Of a DNA stretch of 64,000 nt, positions 52,678-64,000 are shown piece after piece. The stretch lies in the NCBI RefSeq assembly GCF_009914755.1, contig NC_060930.1; one strand, given 5' to 3'. The position numbers were made by a program, and so were the translations under genes. Source of the DNA: the human T2T-CHM13v2.0 reference genome, Homo sapiens. The first letter of the stretch is position 1; each line of letters starts with the position of its first letter. Below the pieces are notes generated by a model, which searched no databases, had not been told where the DNA came from, and saw only the letters and a list, made by a program, of their open reading frames with translations.

Positions 52678-53054
52678 AAAAAGCACTGTGGCTTTTTCCT
52701 TTCTCTCTCTTTCTCTCCTTCTCCTCTCTGGAGGAAGCCACCTGACATGTTGTGAGGGCACTCAAGCAGCCCCATGAAGAGTACCAACATGGTAAAGAAC
52801 TAAGACCTCCTGCCAATAGCCAGTGAGTAGCTGAGGCCCCCTACCAACAATTGTACCAGTAAACCATCTTGGAAGTGGATCCGCCCACCTGAGTCTTGTC
52901 ATCAGATGACCATAGTCTTGGCCATTAAGGTTTAGGGGTAATTTGTTACACAACAGAGAACTAATACATATAGCTATAGCCAACCAACCTGTGTCACCAA
53001 ACCCCACCTTTCATTTAGTATTTAATGTCTAGAAGTCCATCTTTCTCCTCTCAC

Positions 53055-53435
53055 CTGGTTCCCTGGCTCACTAAGCTCTTGTTCCAGATCTTCAACTACA
53101 GCCACAGCCTCCTCCCCACTCTCCGGATGGTGCTCCCGCACCCAGGCCTGGAGCTCCTCAGGCAGGATAGTCAGGAATTGCTCCAGCACCAGCAGCTCCA
53201 AGATTTGCTCTTTGGTGTGGATTTCTGGCCTTAGCCACTGATGACAGAGTTCTCGGAGCCGGCTCAGAGCTTCTCGGGGACCAGGAGTCTCTTGGTAACA
53301 AAACTGCCTAAAAAGTTGTCGGGAGGCTTCTTGGCCAGAAAAGTTGTTCCCTCGAAGGTGGGTTTCTTGGTCCCAGATAGGGTCTTCCTCCACTTTCACA
53401 ATCTTAAGATCGTACTGTTCCTCTGTTGAAGCCAT
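53055..53435 (-). CDS. ZSCAN31: ZSCAN31 (ZNF323) first coding exon, SCAN domain; full CDS complement(join(49918..50606,51135..51285,53055..53435)) = 1221 nt, 406 aa
   Basis: [19 protein letters not shown]...[57 protein letters not shown]; donor CAG|gtgaga; probable acceptor at 53530. Confidence 0.95.
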
Positions 53436-54247
53436 TCCTGGGGTTAATTTGGAAGGCTTACTCTGGCTTTAAGTAAAGGGATAACTGTGATTTAAAATTT
53501 TCTGATTTAATCTTCCTTAGGAGAAGACACCTGATGATAGAGCATTATATATTAATGGAAATAAATCATAAAGTAGTGGGGAAAAAAGCAAAGTATGGAA
53601 ACATGAATGGTATTCTATCATTTATGTTAATAAAATGTATATATAGTTACTGACTTACATATGTTTAGCAACTGGGAAAAGGCTATGGCAGAGTATGTTA
53701 ATGGCCTCAATTCTTCCCCCTTCCCTATAGCCATGTATTAATATTTTGCAGTGCCCTTCCATTGTGACACTGGATTCAACAATATGACTTGATTTTGCCA
53801 ATGATATTAGCAAATGTGATGCATGGAGAGGTTTGAACAGTACTTATGTGACTGGGTTTGCTTACTTTTGCCCTCTGAAACTGCCAGAAGAAGGATATCT
53901 TTCAGATGATAAGAGACATGCAGGACAGAGCCAGATCACCCCAGTGGAGCAGATGAGACCATCCTAGATTAGCTGACAGCCAGCTAACTGCCAGACATGT
54001 GAGCAGGCCTAGCCTGAGGTCTGCAGAGCTGTTGAATGCAGATGTATAAATAGGGCCTGCCCACCCCAAGTAAGCTGTGCCCCATATACTTATGTGCTAA
54101 ACATAAGTTTATCACTATATGCCACCAACGTTTTGTGGCTATTTATTATACCACATTATTATGGCAATAGATAACTGATATAGAAGGGTGAACCTCTGGG
54201 AAGCAGAATTAGGTAACTGTGGAATTACAAAAGCAAGAGATATTTAC

Positions 54248-54425
54248 TTTTTGAGCACAGACATGATGCTAAAAGGAAATGCTCATTGGAGCATTTCATA
54301 TTTCAGATTTTCAGATTAGGGATGTTCAACTGTTAAGTATAATGCAAATATTCCAAAATCCAGAAAAATCTGAAATCCAAAACACTCTGGTCCCAAGCAT
54401 TTTGGATAAGGGATATTCAGTCTGT
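54248..54425 (+). mobile_element. Tigger4a-type MITE fragment
   Basis: Same internal motifs as the copy at 22122-22337. Confidence 0.75.
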
Positions 54426-57400
54426 AGAAGTGATTTAAAAGCCTGGGCAATATGTGTATATGGTAGCTCTAGGAGGAGAACAGGATATATAAAACCAGCT
54501 ATAATATCAGATGATGAATGCTATAATAGAGGCCTCACCAGAATATTCAGGGAGTAAAGAATAGAAAAAAGAATTTCTGACAGGGTATGGAATATTGAAA
54601 GAATGTGACTTAGGGGAAAGTACACTTGAATTAGACTAAAATCATGAAAAGGAATTTATCAGGCAGAGAAAGGAAGGTATCCGGCATCATAAATCAAGCA
54701 AACAACATGAGGAAAGGTATTTAAGAGCACACACAATGGCGATAAAGACAGGCAAAGCTGAACTATAGAATATGGGTTGTGGGTAAAATTGTGAGAGGAG
54801 ATGAGGTTAGAAAGATGCATTATATGGGATAGAAAATGGCCTTCAACTCTAGGCTTAGACGTTAGACTTGACTTTATGGAAAACTGAGAGGCATCAAGGC
54901 TTTTATTTCATTGTTATGGTGTTAGATCTGTATTTATAGAAAATATTAAGATTCAGGATGGAAATGGTAAGAATATGTTGCAAGGTTGTGGCCATTTAAG
55001 TTGGGAAGTTTAATGGTAGTTAAACTGATACAATGTTGACTTTAGTGGTGTAATTTAAGTTTTATATGATTTTTGCCCAATGCTAATTGAATTATTAAGG
55101 TCTGAGATCACTTGGAAGTTTTTCAGTTACACTTTATTGGGTGAAAATGCATTTATTCAATTCATTCCAATATTATGTGTCTACTAGGTGTCTGGAATAA
55201 AGGAACGGTCCCTAACTTTATGGTATTTACCATGGGAAAGACAGACCTTAATAAAATATTCACATAAAACGATGTTACAGAATTGAGAATTTGAAGAGTT
55301 ACAAAGATCATGGCATTTATTCTTTGTCAATGTCTAATGCCAAATGTATATCTTTTTACTCCTTACTGTAGCATCTGGTAATTTGGTTTGTTGAGTCTTC
55401 AGTGCAGAAGACTGAAAGTCTGAAAATTTCTAATTATGAATTTGTATTGGATTCCATTATTATTAAACATGTAGCTTCTCATGGCCTTAGGTTTATAGGC
55501 AAAAATTGTTCTGCAAATATGCGTTCTGCACTTTAATGCTATTGAGAAACCATGGAGATACAGTTGGCTTTTTTTGTTTTTTGTTTTCTTGATCACTACA
55601 GGCAATCTCTCACATACCCAAAGCCACAGGTGGAGTATTTCTCCATCAATTGTATTCTTCTCCCCATAATTGGTGCTTAGGATTTACCTCCTGGTCTTAT
55701 GCCACCATGAACTGTCTTTATCCTTAATGCATAGCACAGTGCCTGGCCCACTGTCAGTGCTCCATAAATGTTTTCTGGGCAAATAAATATATTCTCCCCT
55801 CCTATATCCCCTTTCACTTCATCAAGCCATGGTAAGGACAGGGAAAGGAACACAGAAGGGAAAATACACTCTTTCTTCTTGTCCCCCAAACCACCCCTGT
55901 TCCCAGGATGTATATGCATTACCCTGTGTTCCCAGCCAGTCCTCCCATCTCTTCCTATCTCCTCTCCCAAACTGCTACAGATTACAGACACTTCTTATTT
56001 TTAAAATGCCTAGAAGACTTAGAAGTCTGGACTTACCACAAAATTATGAACGCATCTTCAATGTTTTGTTTACCTGATTTATTCGATTAAATGCAAATTT
56101 GGTGTCATCTGATATCCTAGCAGGGAACAAATACTTGATAGACATCTGACAAATTAAATGGAATAAACTATTTAAAATGATCTTTACTGAAGCACTGCAG
56201 TACAGTGAATAACGTTCAAATCCTGTGGCCTCTCTAAGTGTTAATGACCATAGTACTCCTCTTATAGGTGTTATGATTATACAAGGTAACGCATATAAAA
56301 AGCTTAGCGCGGTACCTGGCCCATAGCAATCATTACATAAATATCAATGAGCAGGTATTATTAGTAAAGTAGTATTAGTAAATTGAATATCTTCATTTCA
56401 TAGAGGAAATAGACCCAACAAAATAAAATATTGACTTCATATGTTAATAGTCAGTAGACAGTTGAAAATACTAGAAGAAATATTCAAGAAAATCCAGGAC
56501 AGACTGTGACCAGTGGTGACCTCCCATTTGTGTACTGAAGCCCATCTCTAGATACCACCAGGGGTGTCCCCCTGAACATCCCAACAACAGCTCAAAAGCA
56601 ACATTAAAGATTGGATTTAGATTTCCAGGGTGATATGAAACAGGCCAATTTATGATTAATTACCAAATTGACTCCAAACATTTGGCATTGGGAGATGATA
56701 TATAAAAGGGGATAAAGAGAAAGACATGGCCAGCTACAAATACAAGACAAAAATCTCAGTGGACCAGAAACACAAACACAGAGTAGTTAGTGGAGTTGAT
56801 GACTTGACTGCAGAAACAGTCAAAGACATCCTAGAATTCAACTCCTGGGGGATTAAATGTGGTGTGTCTCAGGTTGTAGGGAACCAGGCTCACTGTTTCA
56901 TTCCAGGACCTGCAGTGGACTTCCACACTCATGAAAGGGAGACAGAAAAATAAAAGGTAGTTGACTGCTGACTCAGCTTATGACTTTATCAGCAACTAAG
57001 GCCCAGGAGGCAAGGGACAAGGAGAGACTCATTACTAGTAACTAACCTATTTATTTGCTCATTTAGTCAATAAATGTTCATTGAGCACTCATAACATACC
57101 AGGTACTTGGCTGGGCACTAGGGCTACAATGGTGAAAAAGACGGGACCAGGCCCTGTTTTGCTGGAGCAAACATTTTAACGGGGAAGACAAACCAAAAAT
57201 AAAAGCAACAACAAAAATAAGTAAGGAGGCAAATAAAATAATTATGAGTTGTGATGATTACTGAGGATAATAAACTAGGCACTGAGTTACCAAATAAATG
57301 GACAGCCTATTTAGATGGGGTAGTGGGAAGTGAGGTAACATTTAAGCCAAGCCCTTAAGTGCAAAAGAAGTGAGCCATACAGAATAGGGATGAGGGAGGG

Positions 57401-58868
57401 GAAGAGCACTCTGGACTATCCAAAGGCCCTGAGGAAGTGCATGCTGCCATCAAAGACAGGAAAGGAGGCTGGAGTGTCTACAGTCATGTGGGAGAAGAGT
57501 GGCAAAATATTAGGCTGGCAAGCCAAGCAGGAGTCAGATCATGTAGGGCATAGGAGTTAGGATTTTATAAATGCAATGAGAAACCACTGAAGGCTTTAAG
57601 AAAGGGAGTGACAAGGCTGAATTCTGTACCGAGAAGCTCTGCTACTGGATGGAGAATGAGCTGAGGGAATGAGGGTAGAGGCAAAAGTGGAAGCAGAAAG
57701 CAAGAGTAGAAGCAGAAGAGGCAAGAGTTAAAAAAAAGGGTAAAGTGGAGGGGGTGAAGACTATTGCACTGAATCTAGAAAGACTTCCACTTAGTTTAGA
57801 TGTTACTGTACAAGTGAAAGGAGAAAGAGCTTAACCTTTGTAAAAGCAGTTCAGTCACTGGACAATCAATTTATGGAGCTGAGCTAAGAGCTTGGAATAT
57901 AGAGGTGTTTATAGCTCATGAGGATATAGTTACAATACAATAAAATAAAAGCCATAATTTAAAAAATGTATACAAGGTATACCCCTGGAGGAAGTGGAAG
58001 AGCTCATCCTAAATACAAGATTAAGTTTTTATGCATTGCCTGTAATCCACAAAGGAATTCATTTCACATATATTTACTAAGTGTTTACGAGGTGTCAGAC
58101 AGCAAAGAGTGAAACAATGCAGAATTTGATGTGTCCCACTGTCCTTCACCGAAATAAAAACATGGCAGAAAGAGCATAAAAGAGAATGTTTTCATTCATG
58201 AGAATGTTTTCATTCACGTCAGCATAATTAACAACAGCAACAAAGAGATCATGTAAATCACAAATCATGTGTGTTGTAAAATAAATCCCAAAGGATACCA
58301 ATTACGATGACAAGAAAACAGAAGAAGACCTTAAATACCATGAGGAAACAGTCAAATCCAGAAATGGGGATGCACTACAGGAAGACTGGAAGAGCCTCCT
58401 TTTAAACAAGGCAATGGGATGGGAGGAAGGGAGGCAAAGAGTAAAATTGCCCTAGGTTAAGACTCAACTACATGCAGTGAGTGGTCTATGATTGGATCCT
58501 AGTTGGTACAAACAGGTATAAAAGACATCTGTGGGACAACAGGGGGTGGAAGGATTTAAACATGAACTAGGTGTTAGGTGAAGCGCCTACACTTAGTTGG
58601 GTGTGCTAATAATCTTGTGGTTATGTAGGGAAATGTCCCCAATTTTTAGAGATGCATTAGAAACTAGAGGTGACAAGTTATGAGGTTGGTGGTTTTTACA
58701 ATATTTAAAGAAAACATATGCGACAAACATTGCATAATGTTGACTTATTAAATAAAAGTTACGTGTATATAGGAAATAAGGCTTTTGACAGGGAGAGACC
58801 CTTCTCTACCTCTGGACCTCGGTTTCGCCGCAAAGCTCCGACCTCTCTAGGGGTCTCTCCCACCACCC

Positions 58869-59662
58869 TGTGAAAGGGCTACCTAGCTTGCCTTAGGTGG
58901 ATAGCAAGGGAAGGGTCCCTGGAGAGCCTGCCCCCGCCCATGATTTAGTGTCTTATCCCCACATAACATAAAACTAAGCCTGGGGAAAAAATCAGGTTGC
59001 AGGCACCGATAAGGGAACTAGCACAGGGTGTTGTGCCTAGAGATATGCCCACGGCTGCATAGATAGAAAAACCTCGGGCCCATTTGGATAAAAACTTGCA
59101 CAGAACCTCCAGCTCACTCAGATAAGGGAACAAGGCCTGACACATAATGCCTTTGTCCTTTGTATAGTCAGCAGGTTCCCAGGAAAAGTTTCTTCTCCTT
59201 TTGTGGGTATGGACACGGTGGGTTCTGGTAGGTTCCGGCAGGCGCTCTACTTTCCTTTATTAGGACTATAAGCCCAGCTTCTGTGAATCATCACCTCAGC
59301 CCCTGATTGGTCCGGGGCCAAACTTTCACTTCGGCTTCTGATAGGTCCTGGGCCAAGCTAAGCAGCAGCTATGAATCATCATTTCAGCTCCTGATTGGTC
59401 CCGGACCAAGCTGAGTCAAGCGTTCGCCAGGACAGCCGGCAGACTAAGCGCATTCCCTCTCCTTTCCAGTCCATAAAAACCCCAGAACGGGCCCCATAAT
59501 GGGTACTCCCGGTCGGGACCCCTTCTCTGCTGGCAGAGAGCTTTTTCCTTTCGCTTATTAAACTTTCGCTCTAACCTCACCTTTGTGTCTGCGCTCCTTT
59601 ATCGTCTTGGAGGCAGGACAAAGAACTCCGGGCGTTATCTCAGACAAAGAAAGGCTGTTTAA
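58869..59662 (+). mobile_element. ERV solo LTR (probably ERV1 class; subfamily not assigned)
   Basis: Three tandem units containing CTGATTGGTCC (one reads CTGATAGGTCC) at 59286-59412, TATA-like CATAAAA at 59472-59478, ATTAAA at 59557-59562 and an LTR-type U5; boundaries approximate. Confidence 0.75.
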
Positions 59663-59669
59663 TCTTCAG

Positions 59670-60100
59670 GATAAGGGGCGGGACCTCCACCTACTCCACG
59701 GGGGCTTCAGGCCAGTGAATGTGTAGGGGCGGGGGTCACGCCTGCGCAGACGTTCCCTCCCCGCCTACTCCAAGGCACAGACCTGAAATCTTCTGGGAAC
59801 CTGGCGGGTCGCGACAAGGGGCCAAGACTCACCTTCGGGGCACCGGCAAGCTACGGAACAGGTGGCGGGGCTGCAGCACCCCAATGACCGATCAACCGCA
59901 AAGGCCGGAAATGCGTCAGCCGTTCTGAGCCCACTGGCTGAAGCCAGGCAACTCTTTCCTTTCTAGGAATTCCAGAGGTGGCTGCTGCTTGGTGACTCCC
60001 TTATTGCAAACCCCGGGGCCAAAAATCCCAGTCCCACTGGGTGCGAGGCGGAGAAATCCGGCGAGGCATTTCTATGGGGAGCGGCCCCCAGCATTTAGGA
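59670..60100 (-). promoter_or_regulatory. ZSCAN31: CpG-rich promoter and non-coding first exon of ZSCAN31
   Basis: CpG cluster with GC boxes and ETS CCGGAA at 59905-59910; strong donor CGAAG|GTGAGT on - at 59833/59832. Confidence 0.7.
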
Positions 60101-60141
60101 GTTAGATGGTCATCGAGACCCAAAACATTAGAGCCGGAAGG

Positions 60142-60503
60142 TGTTAGGAAGATATAAACGTAGAGAGCGAGTAACAGGAGGCAATTCCACGGCCAAACAG
60201 GTTTATTTACAGGAAAAGCCTGCGAAGAGTTCCAGTTAGGAATCTGGCTGAGATCCTGATCGCTTACAAGCTGAGGCTTTTATAATAAAGTTTCTGTTGG
60301 GGAGGGGTTGGGGAAGTGCTGGCTAGTTGGAACTGTTTGGACACTTTCCAACTGGGGACAGATGTGGTTAGGGCCGTTAGGCTCTGTTGCGGTTAGAGCT
60401 GTTATGCTCTGTTGAAGCTATGGACGGGGTTGACATTTGCTTTGTTTCTTGAGAACACAGTCATCAAGGTTGTAAAATGGCATCACTATTGTTAGTCCTC
60501 ACA
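60142..60503 (-). mobile_element. Short solo LTR (362 bp, ERVL/MaLR-class TSD length)
   Basis: TG...CA termini; 5-bp TSD GAAGG (60137-60141 / 60504-60508); TATAAAA (60284-60278) and AATAAA (60207-60202) on -. Confidence 0.75.
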
Positions 60504-61529
60504 GAAGGGACTTCATACTTTTTCTGTCTCTAATACTTACCTATTCTTCCCCGAGTCTGTCCACTTCCTCTGGTCTCTTTGACATCACAAAGGAGAGATG
60601 GTAATGGTGGGGACGAGAATACAGAGTTGTTTTTGTTGTGGTTTTGTTATTTTGTGTTTTACACTCAAACCTCTGTCTTCTGGAATCCCAAAGTCTAGAA
60701 GAAGAGCGTGTAAACAAGTAACTGCGTAAAACAGACGTGCATGTGAAATGAAGTAAAATAAAATAAGTGCTTGTAAATCGATGAGAATAGCCTCTGGAAC
60801 ATGCTAAGTACGTATGTAGGAAATAAATGTATGTATTAGTTTGAATTCGTGGCGTGGAAGAGAGAGGAAAACTAATGGGGCAAAACAAGACTCAGCAGGA
60901 ATCTGCCAGTGTACACTGGAAAAGGAGCAAAGGAAATAAATTTCTGGGAGAGGGAATCAAATGTACAAAAGCAGAACTGGGGTGAAATCCTTTGGTACAT
61001 CCAAAGAACTGGGCTGATCAGCATGACTGGAGAGTGGTATATGTGGCAGGGGCACCAGCTCTTACTTTTTTTGGATCCCTAACCAAGGAATTTGAGCAGT
61101 CTGATCAAATTTACATCTAGAAATGTTATCTTGGCAGCCATGTGGGGATGGACTGTAAGGAAATGAGACTACAGGCAGGGAGACCAGCTAGGAGACTACT
61201 ACAAGAATCCAGGGTAGAGAGAGTGAGGGCCTGAATCAAGGCAGTAGCAATAGAAATAGAGAAGACAGATAATACATGTTAAGAGGTTGAATTGATTTTT
61301 TACAACTCATTCATTAATTATATAGATTCCCATTGAATGCGATCTTTGTGCCAAGGGCTTGCTGGATATAATAATAATGAAGGACACAAGGTCCTCATCC
61401 TCATGGGGTTTATAATGTAACAAGGAATACAGACAGAAAGAGACCCAGCTTATACAATTCAAGAGACCTTATTTGAGAAAAGGAATACAAAATTACAAGT
61501 ACAAACATAGATATGAAAATGGAGACTTA

Positions 61530-62150
<621 letters not shown>

Positions 62151-62229
62151 ATAGAATGGAAAATACATTCTTTACATCACATTACAATTTTTTTTGTAAT
62201 TGTAATGATAATTACAATTACAAAACGAG

Positions 62230-62375
62230 ACAGAACAGGGTCTCGTTCTGTCAACTAAGCTGGGGTGGAGTGGTGTGATCACTGCAACCTTAAACTCCTG
62301 TGCTCAAGCAATCCTCTTGCTTCTGCCTCCCAAAATGCTGGGATTAAAGGTGTGAGCTGCTGCCACCACATCCAG
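62230..62375 (-). mobile_element. Alu monomer fragment
   Basis: Reverse Alu motifs (ctcaagcaatcctc...cccaaaatgctgggatt). Confidence 0.75.
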
Positions 62376-63043
62376 CTATACTACAAATTTTAAAGTCTTC
62401 CAAATATCACAAACAAAAATCAGAAAAATAACAAAATATTTTTATTATTTAACTGCCTGACTCCTCTATAGTAACTCTCCCCTAATTTGTTGGCTTTATG
62501 TTCTTGGACTGCTTCTTTGTATGTTAATTTCATAATTTAAATTTTTCTAGAAAGAATAAAAAGTTAATGTAGCCATTCCTCTAGCATGGTTGATCAAAAG
62601 CTTTTTAAAATTGTTGACATTTGAGTAAACTTCTATCAAGTTTCTTTCAATTATGAGCTACAAGATTTCAGGACATTCAAATTTTTTTATGTGGGGACTA
62701 ATCTGAGAATCTCTGTGTTGATGACACATTAACTAGTTGGTCTTAGATGTCCTCATTGTCAATGGCATATTATGATGTCTTTGTCAATATCAGTATTTTA
62801 TGTAAAATGTGCAAGAAATTTAAATCTCTTTTCAATGTGTTCAGTGATTCACTTTTCTTCACTAGAGAATTAATCCAAGAGCATATTTTTTTACTGTATT
62901 CAAAGTTTAGCTTTTTTTCTTAATGAGTTGCTGATTTTATATAATTTGACATTGTTTCTTTTGTTATAATTTGCTTCCTGATGTCAGAATAATTTCCATT
63001 GATTTTATTATCTTTATTTCTTTTGTTTCTCACATTCCATTAA

Positions 63044-63336
63044 TTTTTTTTGGCAGGGGAGTGGGGAAGGAGTCATGCTCTATTTCCCAGGATGGAGTGC
63101 AGTGGCTCGATCTCAGCTCACTGCAACTTCTGCCTCCCAGGTTCAAGCGATTCTCATACCTCGAGTATCTGGGATTACAGGCATGTGCCACCACGCCTGG
63201 CAAATTTTGTATTTTTAGTAGAAACGGGGTTTCGCCGTGTTGGCCAGGCTGGTCTCAAACTCCTGACCTCAGGTGATCTGCCCACCTTGGCCTTCCAATG
63301 TGCTGGGATTACAGGCATGAGCCACCACGCCTAGCC
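63044..63336 (-). mobile_element. Alu (S-type)
   Basis: Reverse Alu; TSD tccattaattttt. Confidence 0.95.
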
Positions 63337-63938
63337 TCCATTAATTTTTAAATTTAAATTTGCTCTCAGTTCTTTAATAAATTATTTAATTTTGTAATTT
63401 AGCATTTATTGCTTAAATCATGCCAAAATATCTTTTCAAATTGTAGTTAAAATGACTTATTTCTAAGATAGTGTCCCCTTACCAGATGCTAAAATTCTCT
63501 ATTGTTATTTCAGTGCCACTCAACAAGAGAAAAATAAGAGATGGGGAGTCAGAAATGGAAACAAACAGTGGTTTAAACACCTGTTGCTAAAATATCCATT
63601 TTTTCCCCTCAAATTTTGCAGGCATATGAACCATGTAAACACATTGCTAGGTATCATTCCAGGCCAGGGCATTTGAAGAAACATGCAAATGTAGAATCAC
63701 TTACACTTTATAGACTTAATCATAAACCCACTTCTGAATAAGTTAAGTGCTGCAGTGGAAATAGATAGGAATCTGATGACTGTTACAGTAATTACAATAC
63801 CCATCTTTAATTTATCACAGCCTAATTGGAAATAATATTGTATCACTTCACATTTTAGTCTTAGTTGCATATTTAACAATTTACATTTCACATATAGACA
63901 GAAAGTTATGACACTATTATTCCTTTGCTCTTGCCCAT

Positions 63939-64000
63939 TGATATGGTTTTGCTGTGTCCCCACCCAAATGTCATCTTGAATTGTTCCCATAATCCCCACA
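63939..64000 (+). mobile_element. THE1-type MaLR LTR 5' end (runs off the window)
   Basis: TGATATGGTTTTGCTGTGTCCCCACCCAAATGTCATCTTGAATTG matches the recalled THE1 LTR start. Confidence 0.85.

Noticed and set aside
59286-59412. Three spaced ~35-nt repeats superficially like a CRISPR-type array
   Set aside because: They are degenerate CCAAT-box enhancer repeats in an LTR U3 region of a mammalian genome, with no unique spacers or cas genes.

Overview
This is human-like (primate) genomic DNA from a SCAN zinc-finger gene cluster, recognised as the ZSCAN26-PGBD1-ZSCAN31 interval of human chr6p22.1. It holds (i) the last coding exon and 3' UTR of ZSCAN26 (+); (ii) the whole PGBD1 gene (+), a SCAN / degenerate-KRAB / domesticated piggyBac transposase fusion whose six coding exons I spliced by hand into an 809-aa ORF; and (iii) ZSCAN31 (-), with three coding exons giving 406 aa. 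Between them lie a full-length L1PB, an orphan CpG-rich promoter-like island, a decayed multi-exon ZSCAN pseudogene and a long SMIM15 retrocopy, plus many Alu, L1, Tigger, MaLR and ERV elements. The headline system, PGBD1 as a host-transposase fusion, is already known, and I found no new multi-gene system. The best less-obvious signals are: a fossil ZSCAN gene with at least two recognisable exons (38.9-39.7 kb); evidence that PGBD1 exon 6 is the stub of an ancestral zinc-finger terminal exon; an intronic near-copy of that exon; a frameshifted fossil seventh zinc finger in the ZSCAN31 3' UTR; LTRs flanking and inside ZSCAN31; and several perfect or near-perfect inverted repeats. Gene, repeat-subfamily and allele names are from memory, not database searches.
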